In this document: positions 35,799 through 45,043 of the stretch, piece after piece
Numbering within the stretch: position 1 is the first letter of the stretch
How the letters are laid out: every line of letters begins with the position of its first letter
Assembly: GCA_900543845.1 (NCBI GenBank)
Contig: UQTD01000002.1
Span: 7,284-71,283 of the forward strand
Length of the DNA: 64,000 nt
Origin: an uncultured Collinsella sp.
Lineage (GTDB): Bacteria; Actinomycetota; Coriobacteriia; Coriobacteriales; Coriobacteriaceae
Direction of reading: 5' to 3'
Program-made: the position numbers and the translations under genes
The notes under the pieces: generated by a model
The model's input: the letters and a program-made list of their open reading frames with translations, nothing else
The model's database searches: none
What the model was told of the DNA's origin: nothing

Positions 35799-36512
35799 TT
35801 AGCGAGCGGCTCGCTGCGATTTGCGCCACAGCAGATACGAGTAGACGTAGACGGCTCCAACCGAACCAAACGCCAGAACCGCAATCACCGCGGCGACGAC
35901 TTCACTCGAAAGCACGCTGCCTGCCACGCCCATCACAATCAGGCCAAAGCCCAGCACCATAAAGCAGGCACCGCCAAAGCGCTGCGTACGGCGCCAGTTC
36001 TCGGGATTGGTAAGCGCCCAAGGCGTCTTGATACCGAGCGTATAGTTCTGCTTCACACGCGGCAAGTAGTTGCCTACGCCGATGAACAGCAAACCGACAA
36101 CACCGGAAATCAGCACGTTAACCGAACCGACCGCCGGCACCACGCCCCAGACCGTAAGCTCTCCCAGCCAGCTTATGGCGCACATGAACAAGGTGAAGGC
36201 GATTACGAAGCCCTGATAGAACTTGCCCGAGGTTCGATATGCCTCACCTTTGGGATCGATGCGCGGCGCCACGCAGAACATTGCGAGAAGCACCAGAGGC
36301 AATGCGCCGAGCGCCGATGCCATCCAGCTGGGACCCCAACCGTCGACGGCGCCGTTCGCGCCCCAGTGCGTGGGAATCTGCCCGGGCAAGCTCGGCATCA
36401 CCATGAGGTGCGCTACGACATTGGCGACGCACAGAGCGATCAGCGCAATCCACACACGCCGCGATACCCCCGTGGCGTGAATGCCCTTGTTTTCGTTATT
36501 CATCCTTATCAC
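35799..36512 (-). CDS. SdpI/YhfL-family membrane protein (immunity-protein-like)
   Basis: Six TM helices with a DUF1648-type N-terminus, immediately downstream of an ArsR/SdpR-like regulator. Confidence 0.55.
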   Translation of the reverse strand: MIRMNNENKGIHATGVSRRVWIALIALCVANVVAHLMVMPSLPGQIPTHWGANGAVDGWGPSWMASALGALPLVLLAMFCVAPRIDPKGEAYRTSGKFYQGFVIAFTLFMCAISWLGELTVWGVVPAVGSVNVLISGVVGLLFIGVGNYLPRVKQNYTLGIKTPWALTNPENWRRTQRFGGACFMVLGFGLIVMGVAGSVLSSEVVAAVIAVLAFGSVGAVYVYSYLLWRKSQRAAR

Positions 36513-36792
36513 CTTCCGTGTTTGTAAAGCCCATAAACCAACCGATCAAGTCCTGCATGACGGTGGTGTTTAAGCTGTAAACGATGTTTTGGCCATGACG
36601 TTCGTCGGTCACCAACCCGGCGTTTTTGAGCGTCGCCAAGTGATGGCTCAACGACGGCTTGCTGATGTCAAAATGTTCGGCAAGCTCCCCGGCCGTGCGA
36701 TTGCCCTCGCGCAGCAACTCCAAAATGCGCCGTCGCGTTGGATCGGCAAGCGCCTTAAAACCCTCTCCCGGCATAAGACCTCCTTTCATCAT
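36496..36792 (-). CDS. ArsR/SmtB-family transcriptional regulator (SdpR-like)
   Basis: ..FKALADPTRRRILELLREGNRTAGELAEHFDISKPSLSHHLATLKNAGLV.. is a canonical ArsR winged helix. Confidence 0.7.
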   Translation of the reverse strand: MMKGGLMPGEGFKALADPTRRRILELLREGNRTAGELAEHFDISKPSLSHHLATLKNAGLVTDERHGQNIVYSLNTTVMQDLIGWFMGFTNTEGDKDE

Positions 36793-37073
36793 CTCTCATG
36801 ACGCGCACACTATACTCGATATTTAGATGTTTGTCTAACTATCTAATCTAACACTCAAAAAAATAGCCGCCATCGCGTAATGCGAAGACGGCCACTTCTC
36901 ACGCTACAAACGTGTTTCGGAGTTGGTCAACCCGCGGCAACGGGTGCCATCTGCTTCAATCTTATGCGAATCCCGATCCCATTTCAACAAGCTCCAAGGG
37001 CTCAAATGGAATCGCAATAATACCTATAATGGCGATAGCTAAAACACGACCGACTCCCCATCGGAGGATATCT

Positions 37074-37871
37074 ATGACCGAAACCGCAGCCGCAGCCCCC
37101 ATCGAGACACGCGATACCAAGCTCGAAATCATCATGGGCCGCGAGGCACTCGACAAGCTCGCCGATGCTACGGTACTGGTGCTCGGCTGCGGAGGCGTGG
37201 GCTCCAACTGCTGCGAGGCACTCGCCCGCGGCGGCATCGGACATTTCGTCATTCTGGATAAGGACATCATCGCGCCCAGCAATATCAATCGCCAGGCCAT
37301 CGCCTTTCACAGCACCGTCGGCAAGCGCAAGGTTGACGTGATGGAGGCCATGATCCACGATATCAATCCTGCCGTCACCGTCATCAAGCGAACTGAATAC
37401 CTGTTGAGCGATAACATCGACGGGTTCTTTGCGAGCGTTTTGGAGCAGACGGACGGCAAGCTCGACTACGTCGTCGACGCCATCGACACCATCTCGGCCA
37501 AGCTCACCATTGCCAAATATGCTCAGGACCACGACATCCGTTTGGTTAGCTCCATGGGCGGGGCCAACAAGCTCCATCCCGAGTGCCTCCGCTTTGCCGA
37601 CATCTTCGATACGGTACGTGACCCCATGAGCCGCATCATGCGCAAAGAATGCAAGAAGCGCGGAATCAAGAGCCTGCACGTGCTGTTTAGCTGCGAGGAA
37701 TCGGTTAAGACCCAACCCCGCGACCCGTCCAATATCCACGAGCGTACCGAGTTGGGCACCGCCAGCTTTATGCCGCCTATCATGGGTCAGATGATCGCCG
37801 GCGAGGTTATCCGCCAGATCAGTGGGCGCGGCACCGAGCGCGTGCGCGCCGATGGCCAGCGCCTGGACTAG
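37074..37871 (+). CDS. tcdA: tRNA threonylcarbamoyladenosine dehydratase (ThiF/MoeB E1-like, TcdA/CsdL family)
   Basis: ..ATVLVLGCGGVGSNCCEALARGGIGHFVILDKDIIAPSNINRQ.. is a ThiF-type Rossmann. RBS GGAGGA precedes ATG 37074. 265 aa. Confidence 0.65.
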   Translation: MTETAAAAPIETRDTKLEIIMGREALDKLADATVLVLGCGGVGSNCCEALARGGIGHFVILDKDIIAPSNINRQAIAFHSTVGKRKVDVMEAMIHDINPAVTVIKRTEYLLSDNIDGFFASVLEQTDGKLDYVVDAIDTISAKLTIAKYAQDHDIRLVSSMGGANKLHPECLRFADIFDTVRDPMSRIMRKECKKRGIKSLHVLFSCEESVKTQPRDPSNIHERTELGTASFMPPIMGQMIAGEVIRQISGRGTERVRADGQRLD

Positions 37872-37885
37872 TGGAGCGTGCCGAG

Positions 37886-38668
37886 ATGGGGCCCCAGTTA
37901 ATTGATGCACACTGCCATCTTGATTTAATGGCTCACCCGGACGCCGTTGCCGATGAGGCGACGGCACTGGGCTTGGGTCTATTTGATTGCGGCGTCAATC
38001 CACACGACTTTTCGGCCGCTAACGAGCGCGCCCGTCGCCAACCAGGCATCATCGCCGGCATTGGGCTCCACCCCTGGTGGCTCGCCGACGGCCGCTGCGG
38101 TCCTGCCGAAGTCAATCTGCTTTGCGAAGTTGCTGCCCAAGAGCGCTACATCGGCGAGGTGGGACTCGACTTTTCCGCGCGCTTTGCAGGAAGCGAGCCG
38201 CTACAAATACAGGCACTTGACCGGCTCTGCGATGCGCTCGTGCAGCACCCTCTTGTCGGGCGAGTGATATCAATTCACGCCGTTCGTTCAGCAGGAGCCG
38301 TACTGGACGTCCTCGAATCGCATGGACTACTCATCCCAAACCCCGACTCCCCCGCTATCATCTTCCACTGGTTTAGCGGCACTTCGGACGAACTCGTCCG
38401 CACGCGTAATGCGGGCTGTTATTTTTCCGTCAACGAACGCATGCTCGCGTCTAGACGTGGACGCGAATACGCACGACAGATTCCACTCGACCGTTTACTG
38501 CTCGAAACCGATGCGCCGGCCGAGCCAAACACAGAAACAAGCGCGCAATCGCTCATCAGATCGCTCGCAAGGACCTCAGAACGCATCGCCTCACTCAAAA
38601 ACTGTGACGCAAAGCGCATCGAATCGGCAGTTTTAACAAATGCACGCTCTGTTTTTGGCCTTCGCTAA
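37886..38668 (+). CDS. TatD-family metal-dependent hydrolase
   Basis: N-terminal LIDAHCHLD is the TatD signature. Confidence 0.7.
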   Translation: MGPQLIDAHCHLDLMAHPDAVADEATALGLGLFDCGVNPHDFSAANERARRQPGIIAGIGLHPWWLADGRCGPAEVNLLCEVAAQERYIGEVGLDFSARFAGSEPLQIQALDRLCDALVQHPLVGRVISIHAVRSAGAVLDVLESHGLLIPNPDSPAIIFHWFSGTSDELVRTRNAGCYFSVNERMLASRRGREYARQIPLDRLLLETDAPAEPNTETSAQSLIRSLARTSERIASLKNCDAKRIESAVLTNARSVFGLR

Positions 38669-38678
38669 CCCCTGTGTG

Positions 38679-38884
38679 CAAAAAATGCCAAATATGAGTA
38701 CTGTTGCAAATCTAGTCACATTATTTACGGCAAAATAACATCTTGATAATGCACAACTGTTCATTATCAAGATGCTTAAAATCATTTTTAGCGGGTTTTA
38801 ATCGCTCGCAGACACCCAACTAGGCTCTCAAAGCTTGATTTCGCTGTTACTAAATTAGTCACAGTACTCATATTTGGCTTTTTT
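38679..38884. mobile_element. AT-rich MITE-like element (~200 bp) with 18-24 bp terminal inverted repeats
   Basis: Left terminus (caaaaaa)tgccaaatatgagtactgt (38687-38704). Right terminus acagtactcatatttggc(tttttt) (38861-38878), a perfect 18-bp inverted repeat. An internal inverted repeat catcttgataatg/cattatcaagatg is also present. Its GC content is far below the surrounding ~62%. Confidence 0.55.
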
Positions 38885-38934
38885 GACCACCGAGTCACGG
38901 GAAGGCACCAATACAGCTCCCCGGGACTGCTCAC

Positions 38935-39798
38935 CTATTCGGAAATCGGCGCTCCATGGCCCCAGGAGCCTTCCATACCGCATACGGTCGAAGCAAACCC
39001 CGCCGCAAAGTCGAGTGCGCGCTCGACGGCCTCGGCACCATCCTCGCCACGCTTGGCGGAATCGAGATAGCACATCAGAAACGAAGTCAGGAACGAGTCA
39101 CCCGCGCCCATGGTGTCCTTCATGTCTGCCACGGGCTTGGCATGCTGCCGATAGTAACGCTCGCCGTCATAGGCAATGCAGCCCTCAGCGCCAGCCGTTG
39201 CGGACACAAAACATGGGCCCAAGCCCTTCACCCAGGCAAGACGCTCGCGAATCTCATCCTCGCTCGCAGCGTCTGCCGCGCTAAAGAACGCGAAGTCGAC
39301 GTAGGGAGCAATCTGCTCGTAGTACTCGTCGGTCGAATCGTCCGAAAAGTCAAAAGAAACCGTGACGCCCGCGGCCTTCAACTTGGGCAGCTCGCGCTCG
39401 GTAAAGCAATAGTTACCCGAGTGGACTACGTCGAACTGTTTCATATACGCCAGATCAAAACGATCGAGCACATAGCGTGCATCACCACGGATGCCGCCCT
39501 CGTTAGACCCCAGAAATACGCGATCACCATCAACCACAGTAACGCGGGCCGCACCGTTCTCGCCGATGAGCTGCTTGCATTTGGCTAGCTCAACGCCCTC
39601 ATCCTCAAGACTCGCAATCACATGCTCAGCAGCAGCGTCGTTACCAAAGATGCCCATATACGCGGAGCGCGCGGCTCCGCATTTCTTGGCATACACGGCA
39701 AAGTTCGCCGCATTGCCACCCGGATACATAGTGTGAATATGCTCGTAGCGGTCGACGACGTTGTCGCCAAACCCCAGTGCGCTCACGTTAAATGCCAT
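38935..39798 (-). CDS. PfkB-family carbohydrate kinase
   Basis: N-terminal GDNVVD..GGNAANFAV is a ribokinase-like fold, and a C-terminal DT.GAGD-type anion hole (MGAGDSF) is present. Confidence 0.7.
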   Translation of the reverse strand: MAFNVSALGFGDNVVDRYEHIHTMYPGGNAANFAVYAKKCGAARSAYMGIFGNDAAAEHVIASLEDEGVELAKCKQLIGENGAARVTVVDGDRVFLGSNEGGIRGDARYVLDRFDLAYMKQFDVVHSGNYCFTERELPKLKAAGVTVSFDFSDDSTDEYYEQIAPYVDFAFFSAADAASEDEIRERLAWVKGLGPCFVSATAGAEGCIAYDGERYYRQHAKPVADMKDTMGAGDSFLTSFLMCYLDSAKRGEDGAEAVERALDFAAGFASTVCGMEGSWGHGAPISE

Positions 39799-39860
39799 GA
39801 CGCCACCCCTCTCTCTTATGTCAACGGAACCACTGTTGTGACAGCAGTACCGCCCAGGAT

Positions 39861-40520
39861 CTACGCGAGTTCCAGCAGCTCCGGCAGCTGGTCGATAATC
39901 TTGTCCGCGGCATCCTGGCTAAATCCAAAGCGCTCCTCGCGCTTGGCAATCACCGTCAGGCCAGCACGCTTACCCGCGGTAATGCCCGGAACGGAATCTT
40001 CAACGCAGCAGCAGCGATTCGCGGGCAGCCCCAGGAGATCCAGCGCATGCAGGTAGATATCGGGCTCGGGCTTGCTCTCCTTAAACTGCTCGCCGCTCAC
40101 CACATACTCAAAGGCATCCGACAGCCCGCACGCGTTGAGCACTTCCTCGATGCTAACCATGGGAGACGAGCTGGCAAGCGCCACGCGAACGCCACGGCGC
40201 GGCAGCTCTCGAATCGTATCCACGGCGCCTGGGTTAATCAAAGCCTGATAGTCGCGCGGACGCTTATGCGCCCACTCGTCCCAACGGGCCAACGCTTCCT
40301 CGCCAGTGAAATGCCCCTTACCGGCGCGCTCAAACCAATCGACCAGCATATGCAGGAAGAACTGATGCGAGGTACCGACCTGCCCATTCAACTCCTCTTG
40401 AGTCAGATTAAGCCCAAGCTCCTTGGCAAACGCGGCAGTCTCGCCCAGGTAGTAATACTCGGTATCGACAATCACGCCGTCCATGTCAAAGATAACGGCG
40501 TCGAACGGAAATGCGGACAC
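39861..40520 (-). CDS. HAD-IA family hydrolase (beta-phosphoglucomutase-like)
   Basis: Motif I DAVIFDMDGVIVDTE. Start GTG at 40520 with a strong GGGAGGG RBS. 219 aa. Confidence 0.7.
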   Translation of the reverse strand: MSAFPFDAVIFDMDGVIVDTEYYYLGETAAFAKELGLNLTQEELNGQVGTSHQFFLHMLVDWFERAGKGHFTGEEALARWDEWAHKRPRDYQALINPGAVDTIRELPRRGVRVALASSSPMVSIEEVLNACGLSDAFEYVVSGEQFKESKPEPDIYLHALDLLGLPANRCCCVEDSVPGITAGKRAGLTVIAKREERFGFSQDAADKIIDQLPELLELA

Positions 40521-40583
40521 GGCACCCTCCCTAACAAAAGGGCGCCTGCAAGCAGGCGCCCGAACCATGCATTATCGGCGATT

Positions 40584-41426
40584 CTAACCCAGCAGCTTAT
40601 CCAGCGCCACCGCAATACCGTCTTCGTTGTTATTGGCGGTCACCATCTGGGCCACGGCCTTAACCTCGTCAACCGCGTTGCCCATGGCAACACCAGTGCC
40701 GGCCCACTCAATCATGGACTTGTCGTTCTGGCCGTCGCCAAACGATACGACCTCGCTGGCATCGATGCCGAGCTTGGGCAGGGCACCCTCGAGCGCACGG
40801 GCTTTGTCGATACCGGGCGCCGTAAACTCAAAGTACCAGTCGGCCGTAAACATACCAGAAAGCGTCTGAGTAAAGGGCGCGTACATCTCCTCGTGATGCG
40901 CTTGCAAATAGGTCGGGTCGCCCGCAGTGAGTAGCTTGTCCACGGGATAAGCATCAGCGACCTCATGCAGGCTCTCCACCTCGCGAATCTTAAGATCGCA
41001 CGCGTCGCGCTCATACTTGACGATATTCTTCTGCGAGCCGTCAGGCAGCGTGATCATGCAATGGTACGAGTCCTCGACGTGCAAATCGCGACCGAGCGAA
41101 ATCATAGGGATCACGTCAAAATTACGCAGATGATCAATCAGGCGATGCAATTCGTCGGCAGGCATAGCCTGATCGAACAGCACCTCGTCGGTCTGGGCAT
41201 CGACGACGTGAGCGCCGTTAAAGGCCACCAGCAGACCGTCATGGTTTTGAAGGTCGAGCTCCTGTGCCAAGGCGTGCAGCCCCCATGCGGGACGGCCCGA
41301 AGCCAAAATGAGCTTAATGCCCGACTCCTGCGCCGCGAGCAGCTTCTCGCGCGTACGCGGGCTAATCACTTTCTGATCGTTGGTGAGCGTACCGTCGATA
41401 TCCATCGCGATGGCTTTGATTGCCAT
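40584..41426 (-). CDS. Cof-type HAD-IIB phosphatase
   Basis: MAIKAIAMDIDGTL.. plus ..LILASGRP are Cof motifs. RBS GGGAGG precedes ATG 41426. Confidence 0.8.
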   Translation of the reverse strand: MAIKAIAMDIDGTLTNDQKVISPRTREKLLAAQESGIKLILASGRPAWGLHALAQELDLQNHDGLLVAFNGAHVVDAQTDEVLFDQAMPADELHRLIDHLRNFDVIPMISLGRDLHVEDSYHCMITLPDGSQKNIVKYERDACDLKIREVESLHEVADAYPVDKLLTAGDPTYLQAHHEEMYAPFTQTLSGMFTADWYFEFTAPGIDKARALEGALPKLGIDASEVVSFGDGQNDKSMIEWAGTGVAMGNAVDEVKAVAQMVTANNNEDGIAVALDKLLG

Positions 41427-42033
41427 ATATGCCTCCCTGTCATTGAACAACCTTGTCTGAGCCATCATACAGAACACCCACCGCGACTCTGTTTGCAACG
41501 GGCAAAAAGTCATATATTGTCTCAAACATGAACGGGACGCCATCTCGGGGCTCAGTCGTTCCAGCCCAAACGCCGAGCCACCACATGCAAAGCTGGCGAC
41601 ACCAATCGCGACCGTTCCACAAATCTCATTTCATCCCGTAGAAAAAAATTCAAAATTAGTTCTTGTCAAATCGGCAAAACGAACGTACTTTAAAGATGAC
41701 CGCTCCGGTGGTCATCGTTTGATCGAGCATATTCAGTTTCAGTTTTCAGCGTGTAAGAGAAAGAAGATCGGCAAAGTACAACCCCAAACGCAATGACAAC
41801 TTAATGAGGTAACTGCCACATGTGAGGCACCCAGGGCATTGCTGTCTCGATTTTGAGCACGATGCCTTCCGCCTTGCATGGGCCGTTCCATCCCGCCCCT
41901 GCAGCAACTGCCTCACGGGCTCATTGAAAACCGCATAGCACCCCCACGTCAGCACATCACCCACGGCAAGCACATCACTCACGACAACCAACACATCAAC
42001 AAACAGCACGAACATCAACCGATTGGAGAAGCT

Positions 42034-42924
42034 ATGACAAACCACCACGCTGAAGACGGCGATAAGAAAAGCATTCTGGATGCCCGCATTGAGCGAGCAT
42101 ATGCAAACGAATATGACGCCGCCTTTGCCGCCGCGACCATCAAGAACTACGCGTCGCTACCGCTCGCGACGATCTTGGCCGACCACCCTCAACTGCTGAA
42201 GCGCTGCACAAAGATCATGGGCGACCCCGAGATTCGCAAACTGACAGACCCCTATGCCCCAAAACGCGACAACGATTCGTACGTTCTTACCGTAGGCTGC
42301 CTAGCCCATATGCTTACGGCGCTCGACACGAAACTCAAGCTCGAATGGGAACCCGACGAGCGTCATGAACTCGAAAGCAAGCGGAACACCCTGCGCACCG
42401 CACTGTTCCTTCCGTTGGACGGCCTCAAGCGCTGCAACGTCGAGCTCAATACACAGGCGCGGCAAAAGCCCGGAACCACGGGGCAGAAAACTCCAAGACC
42501 CCATGCGGCCATCGTCGACCGCAACCGATATAACCGCATGACCGCGCACTTTTCCGCCGAGGGAGCAGCCATAAGGACGCTGATCGACCTGCTGTGCCTC
42601 CTGAGCATCAACGAACTATTTGAGGGCTATCTCGCCCTTGTTCCCGCGACGGCACCCAAGTCGGTAGCAAAGATCATCGAGACCTGCAGACGCCAGTTTG
42701 AGCGCCATCGCAATGGCAGCGAGATGAACGCCAGCATCGCGCAGTACTACACGGCCCATTACAAAAAAGACGGATGTGCCCCTGTCGAGCATCAGCTGCG
42801 GCTCGCCTATACCACGCCCGTCGCAACGCTCCATCGCTTTGGAGCCCTTGGCGCTTGCGAGCCGCACGAACAGGCAGCCTGCCCCACAACCGAGCTCGAT
42901 CTCAGGCTCGGACGAACCCTGTAG
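42034..42924 (+). CDS. Hypothetical protein (296 aa), first gene of a hypothetical/ClpP-like/T4CP-like operon
   Basis: RBS GGAGAAG precedes ATG 42034. It follows a ~300-bp AT-rich promoter region. No recognisable motifs. Confidence 0.45.
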   Translation: MTNHHAEDGDKKSILDARIERAYANEYDAAFAAATIKNYASLPLATILADHPQLLKRCTKIMGDPEIRKLTDPYAPKRDNDSYVLTVGCLAHMLTALDTKLKLEWEPDERHELESKRNTLRTALFLPLDGLKRCNVELNTQARQKPGTTGQKTPRPHAAIVDRNRYNRMTAHFSAEGAAIRTLIDLLCLLSINELFEGYLALVPATAPKSVAKIIETCRRQFERHRNGSEMNASIAQYYTAHYKKDGCAPVEHQLRLAYTTPVATLHRFGALGACEPHEQAACPTTELDLRLGRTL

Positions 42925-42987
42925 CCCGCCAGCCCCTCCGCGGGCAACAATCCTATTCCACAGCACAACCAACAGAAAGGAGTCCTC

Positions 42988-43605
42988 ATGGACACCAATC
43001 ATTCCCCCATCATCAGCCCCCTCACCATGCGTGAATCCGCCCGAGGCATCACGCTCACCAGCATTTACGATGAGATGCTCGCCCGTCGCGAGCTCTCCGT
43101 CATGGGAAACATCGAAACCTCGATGGCCCACGACCTATGCCAGCAGATCCGCCTGCTCGATGCCACCGACCCCAGCCGCCCCATCACCATATTTGTCGCC
43201 AGCGCCGGCGGAAGCGTGCGATCGGGTCTTGCGATCTATGACGCCATGCGCCTCGCATCGTGCCCCATCCGCACCGTCTGCCTGGAATTCGCCGCGTCCA
43301 TGGGCGCCGTAATCTTTATGGGCGGCGACGATCGACGTATGGCGCCCCATGCAGAGCTCATGATTCACGACCCGCTGATCCCCCAGGGGGCAGGCGGCTC
43401 GGCACTTGCGCTGCAGGAAACCAGCCGGCGTCTCATGCAGACCCGCAAGACCCTCACGCAAATCCTCTCGGACCGCAGCGGCCTCACGCCCAAGCGCATC
43501 CAGTCCCTCACTGCAAAAGACACCTACCTTTCGGCCAAGCGCGCCGTCGAGCTCGGCTTTGCCCACGAAATCCTCTCGACCACCAAGGAGGTCGCCCATG
43601 TCTAA
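42988..43605 (+). CDS. ClpP-family (S14) serine protease-like protein
   Basis: Catalytic triad contexts are conserved: EFAASMGAVIF (Ser), MIHDPL (His) and AKDTYLSAKRAVELGF (Asp). It is 205 aa, typical of the ClpP core. Confidence 0.7.
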   Translation: MDTNHSPIISPLTMRESARGITLTSIYDEMLARRELSVMGNIETSMAHDLCQQIRLLDATDPSRPITIFVASAGGSVRSGLAIYDAMRLASCPIRTVCLEFAASMGAVIFMGGDDRRMAPHAELMIHDPLIPQGAGGSALALQETSRRLMQTRKTLTQILSDRSGLTPKRIQSLTAKDTYLSAKRAVELGFAHEILSTTKEVAHV

Positions 43606-44902
43606 CCTCGCCAGCCGCCTCGCCGCATCTGAGTCCGCATCGTCCACCATCCTCGCCAAGGATCGAACGCTTTCCTGCGACACCCGCCAAACGGGACTCA
43701 ACAACAACGCACTTGTAATCGGCCCCTCGGGAGCCGGCAAGACCCGAAACGTCCTCAAGCCCAACCTGCTGCAAATGAACGCAAGCTACATCGTGCTCGA
43801 CACCAAAGGCACGCTCTGTCGCGAAGTGGGACCCGTGCTGGCAGCCCACGGTTACCGCGCGCAATGTCTCAACTTCGCCGACCTCAACACCGTCCCGGCC
43901 CTTGCGCCCGGCATCGAGCGCTGCGGCTACAACCCCCTGAGGCACATTCGCCGCAAGGCGGACGGCAGGCCCAACCAGCAGGACATCCTCTCGGTGGCAA
44001 AGGCCATCTGCCCCATCGAGGACAACAACCAGCCTTTTTGGGATCATGCGGCGGCAAACCTGCTGTCGTGTCTTATCGCCTACGTCACCGAACAGCTACC
44101 CGCCGACGAGCAGACGATCAGCTCGGTCATCAAGCTGATCGAGCACCTGCAGGACGGTGCCACGGCCCGATTGTTTGACGATCTGATCACGACCGACCCC
44201 CAAAGCTATGCCCTCTCGCTATGGCGGCGCTACGCCATTACGCAAAATGCCGAGCGCATGCACGCGAGCATCGTCGGCATCCTTGCCGAAAAGGTCATGT
44301 GTCTGGGATTCGACGGTGCGGCACAGCTCTATCGTGAGTGCCATCAGGTGGACTTCGCTTCCATGGGACACACCCCCTGCGCCCTGTTTGTAACCGTAAG
44401 CGATATTGACCGCAATCTCGATCCGCTGACCGGCCTCTTTATTACGCAGGCGTTTATGGGCCTCATTCGCGAAGCCGATAGGCAGCCCGACGGCAGCCTG
44501 CCCGTGCCCGTGCGCTTTATGCTCGATGACTTCGCAAATCTGCAGATCCCCCAGATCGACAACGTGCTCTCGATTATCCGAAGCCGCAACATCTGGGCAA
44601 CGCTGCTATTACAGTCGACCAATCAGCTCGATGCGTTCTATGGCGAGGCACGCGCACGCTCCATCATGGGCAACTGCGACACGCATCTGGTGCTGGCGTT
44701 CCAGGATCCCGAGAGCGCCCGGGTGTTTTCCGACCGCGCCGACGCGCTGCCCAGCACGCTCATGGCGACGCCGATCGATCGCTCGTGGCTCTTTGTACGC
44801 GGTCGCACTCCCGAACAGGTCGAGCGCTTTAGGCTCGAAGACCATCCGCTCTACGGGGAGCTGCCCGAGGCGCAGCGAGACCATGCGGAGGCCGAGATCT
44901 AG
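43598..44902 (+). CDS. Soluble VirD4/TraG/TraD-like (type IV coupling protein family, FtsK/HerA superfamily) ATPase without transmembrane segments
   Basis: Walker A GPSGAGKT is present. The TraG-D_C-like region FMLDDFANLQIP..LSIIRSRNIWATLLLQSTNQLDAFYGEARARSIMGNCDTHLVLAFQD matches the LDEFANLG / RSRGI / QS..QL / nCDt motifs of T4CPs. The ATG overlaps the ClpP-like stop by 8 nt and has an AAGGAGG RBS. No N-terminal TM helices. Confidence 0.65.
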   Translation: MSNLASRLAASESASSTILAKDRTLSCDTRQTGLNNNALVIGPSGAGKTRNVLKPNLLQMNASYIVLDTKGTLCREVGPVLAAHGYRAQCLNFADLNTVPALAPGIERCGYNPLRHIRRKADGRPNQQDILSVAKAICPIEDNNQPFWDHAAANLLSCLIAYVTEQLPADEQTISSVIKLIEHLQDGATARLFDDLITTDPQSYALSLWRRYAITQNAERMHASIVGILAEKVMCLGFDGAAQLYRECHQVDFASMGHTPCALFVTVSDIDRNLDPLTGLFITQAFMGLIREADRQPDGSLPVPVRFMLDDFANLQIPQIDNVLSIIRSRNIWATLLLQSTNQLDAFYGEARARSIMGNCDTHLVLAFQDPESARVFSDRADALPSTLMATPIDRSWLFVRGRTPEQVERFRLEDHPLYGELPEAQRDHAEAEI

Positions 44903-44980
44903 GCGCAGGGTTCTCGCAGCGCGCGGCGCCCCGGCGATGTTCCACAAAGGCCGTGCGCCCCGGGACCACGGCAAAGCAAA

Positions 44981-45010
44981 GGGGCCCGCATCCGATAGGA
45001 TACGGGCCCC
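44981..45010. terminator. Bidirectional terminator-like hairpin between the T4CP-like gene and pgi
   Basis: Stem ggggcccg .. cgggcccc with a 14-nt loop, between convergent genes. Confidence 0.4.
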
Positions 45011-45043
45011 TGACTATAAGGCGCGATGCGTTAACAGCAGCGA

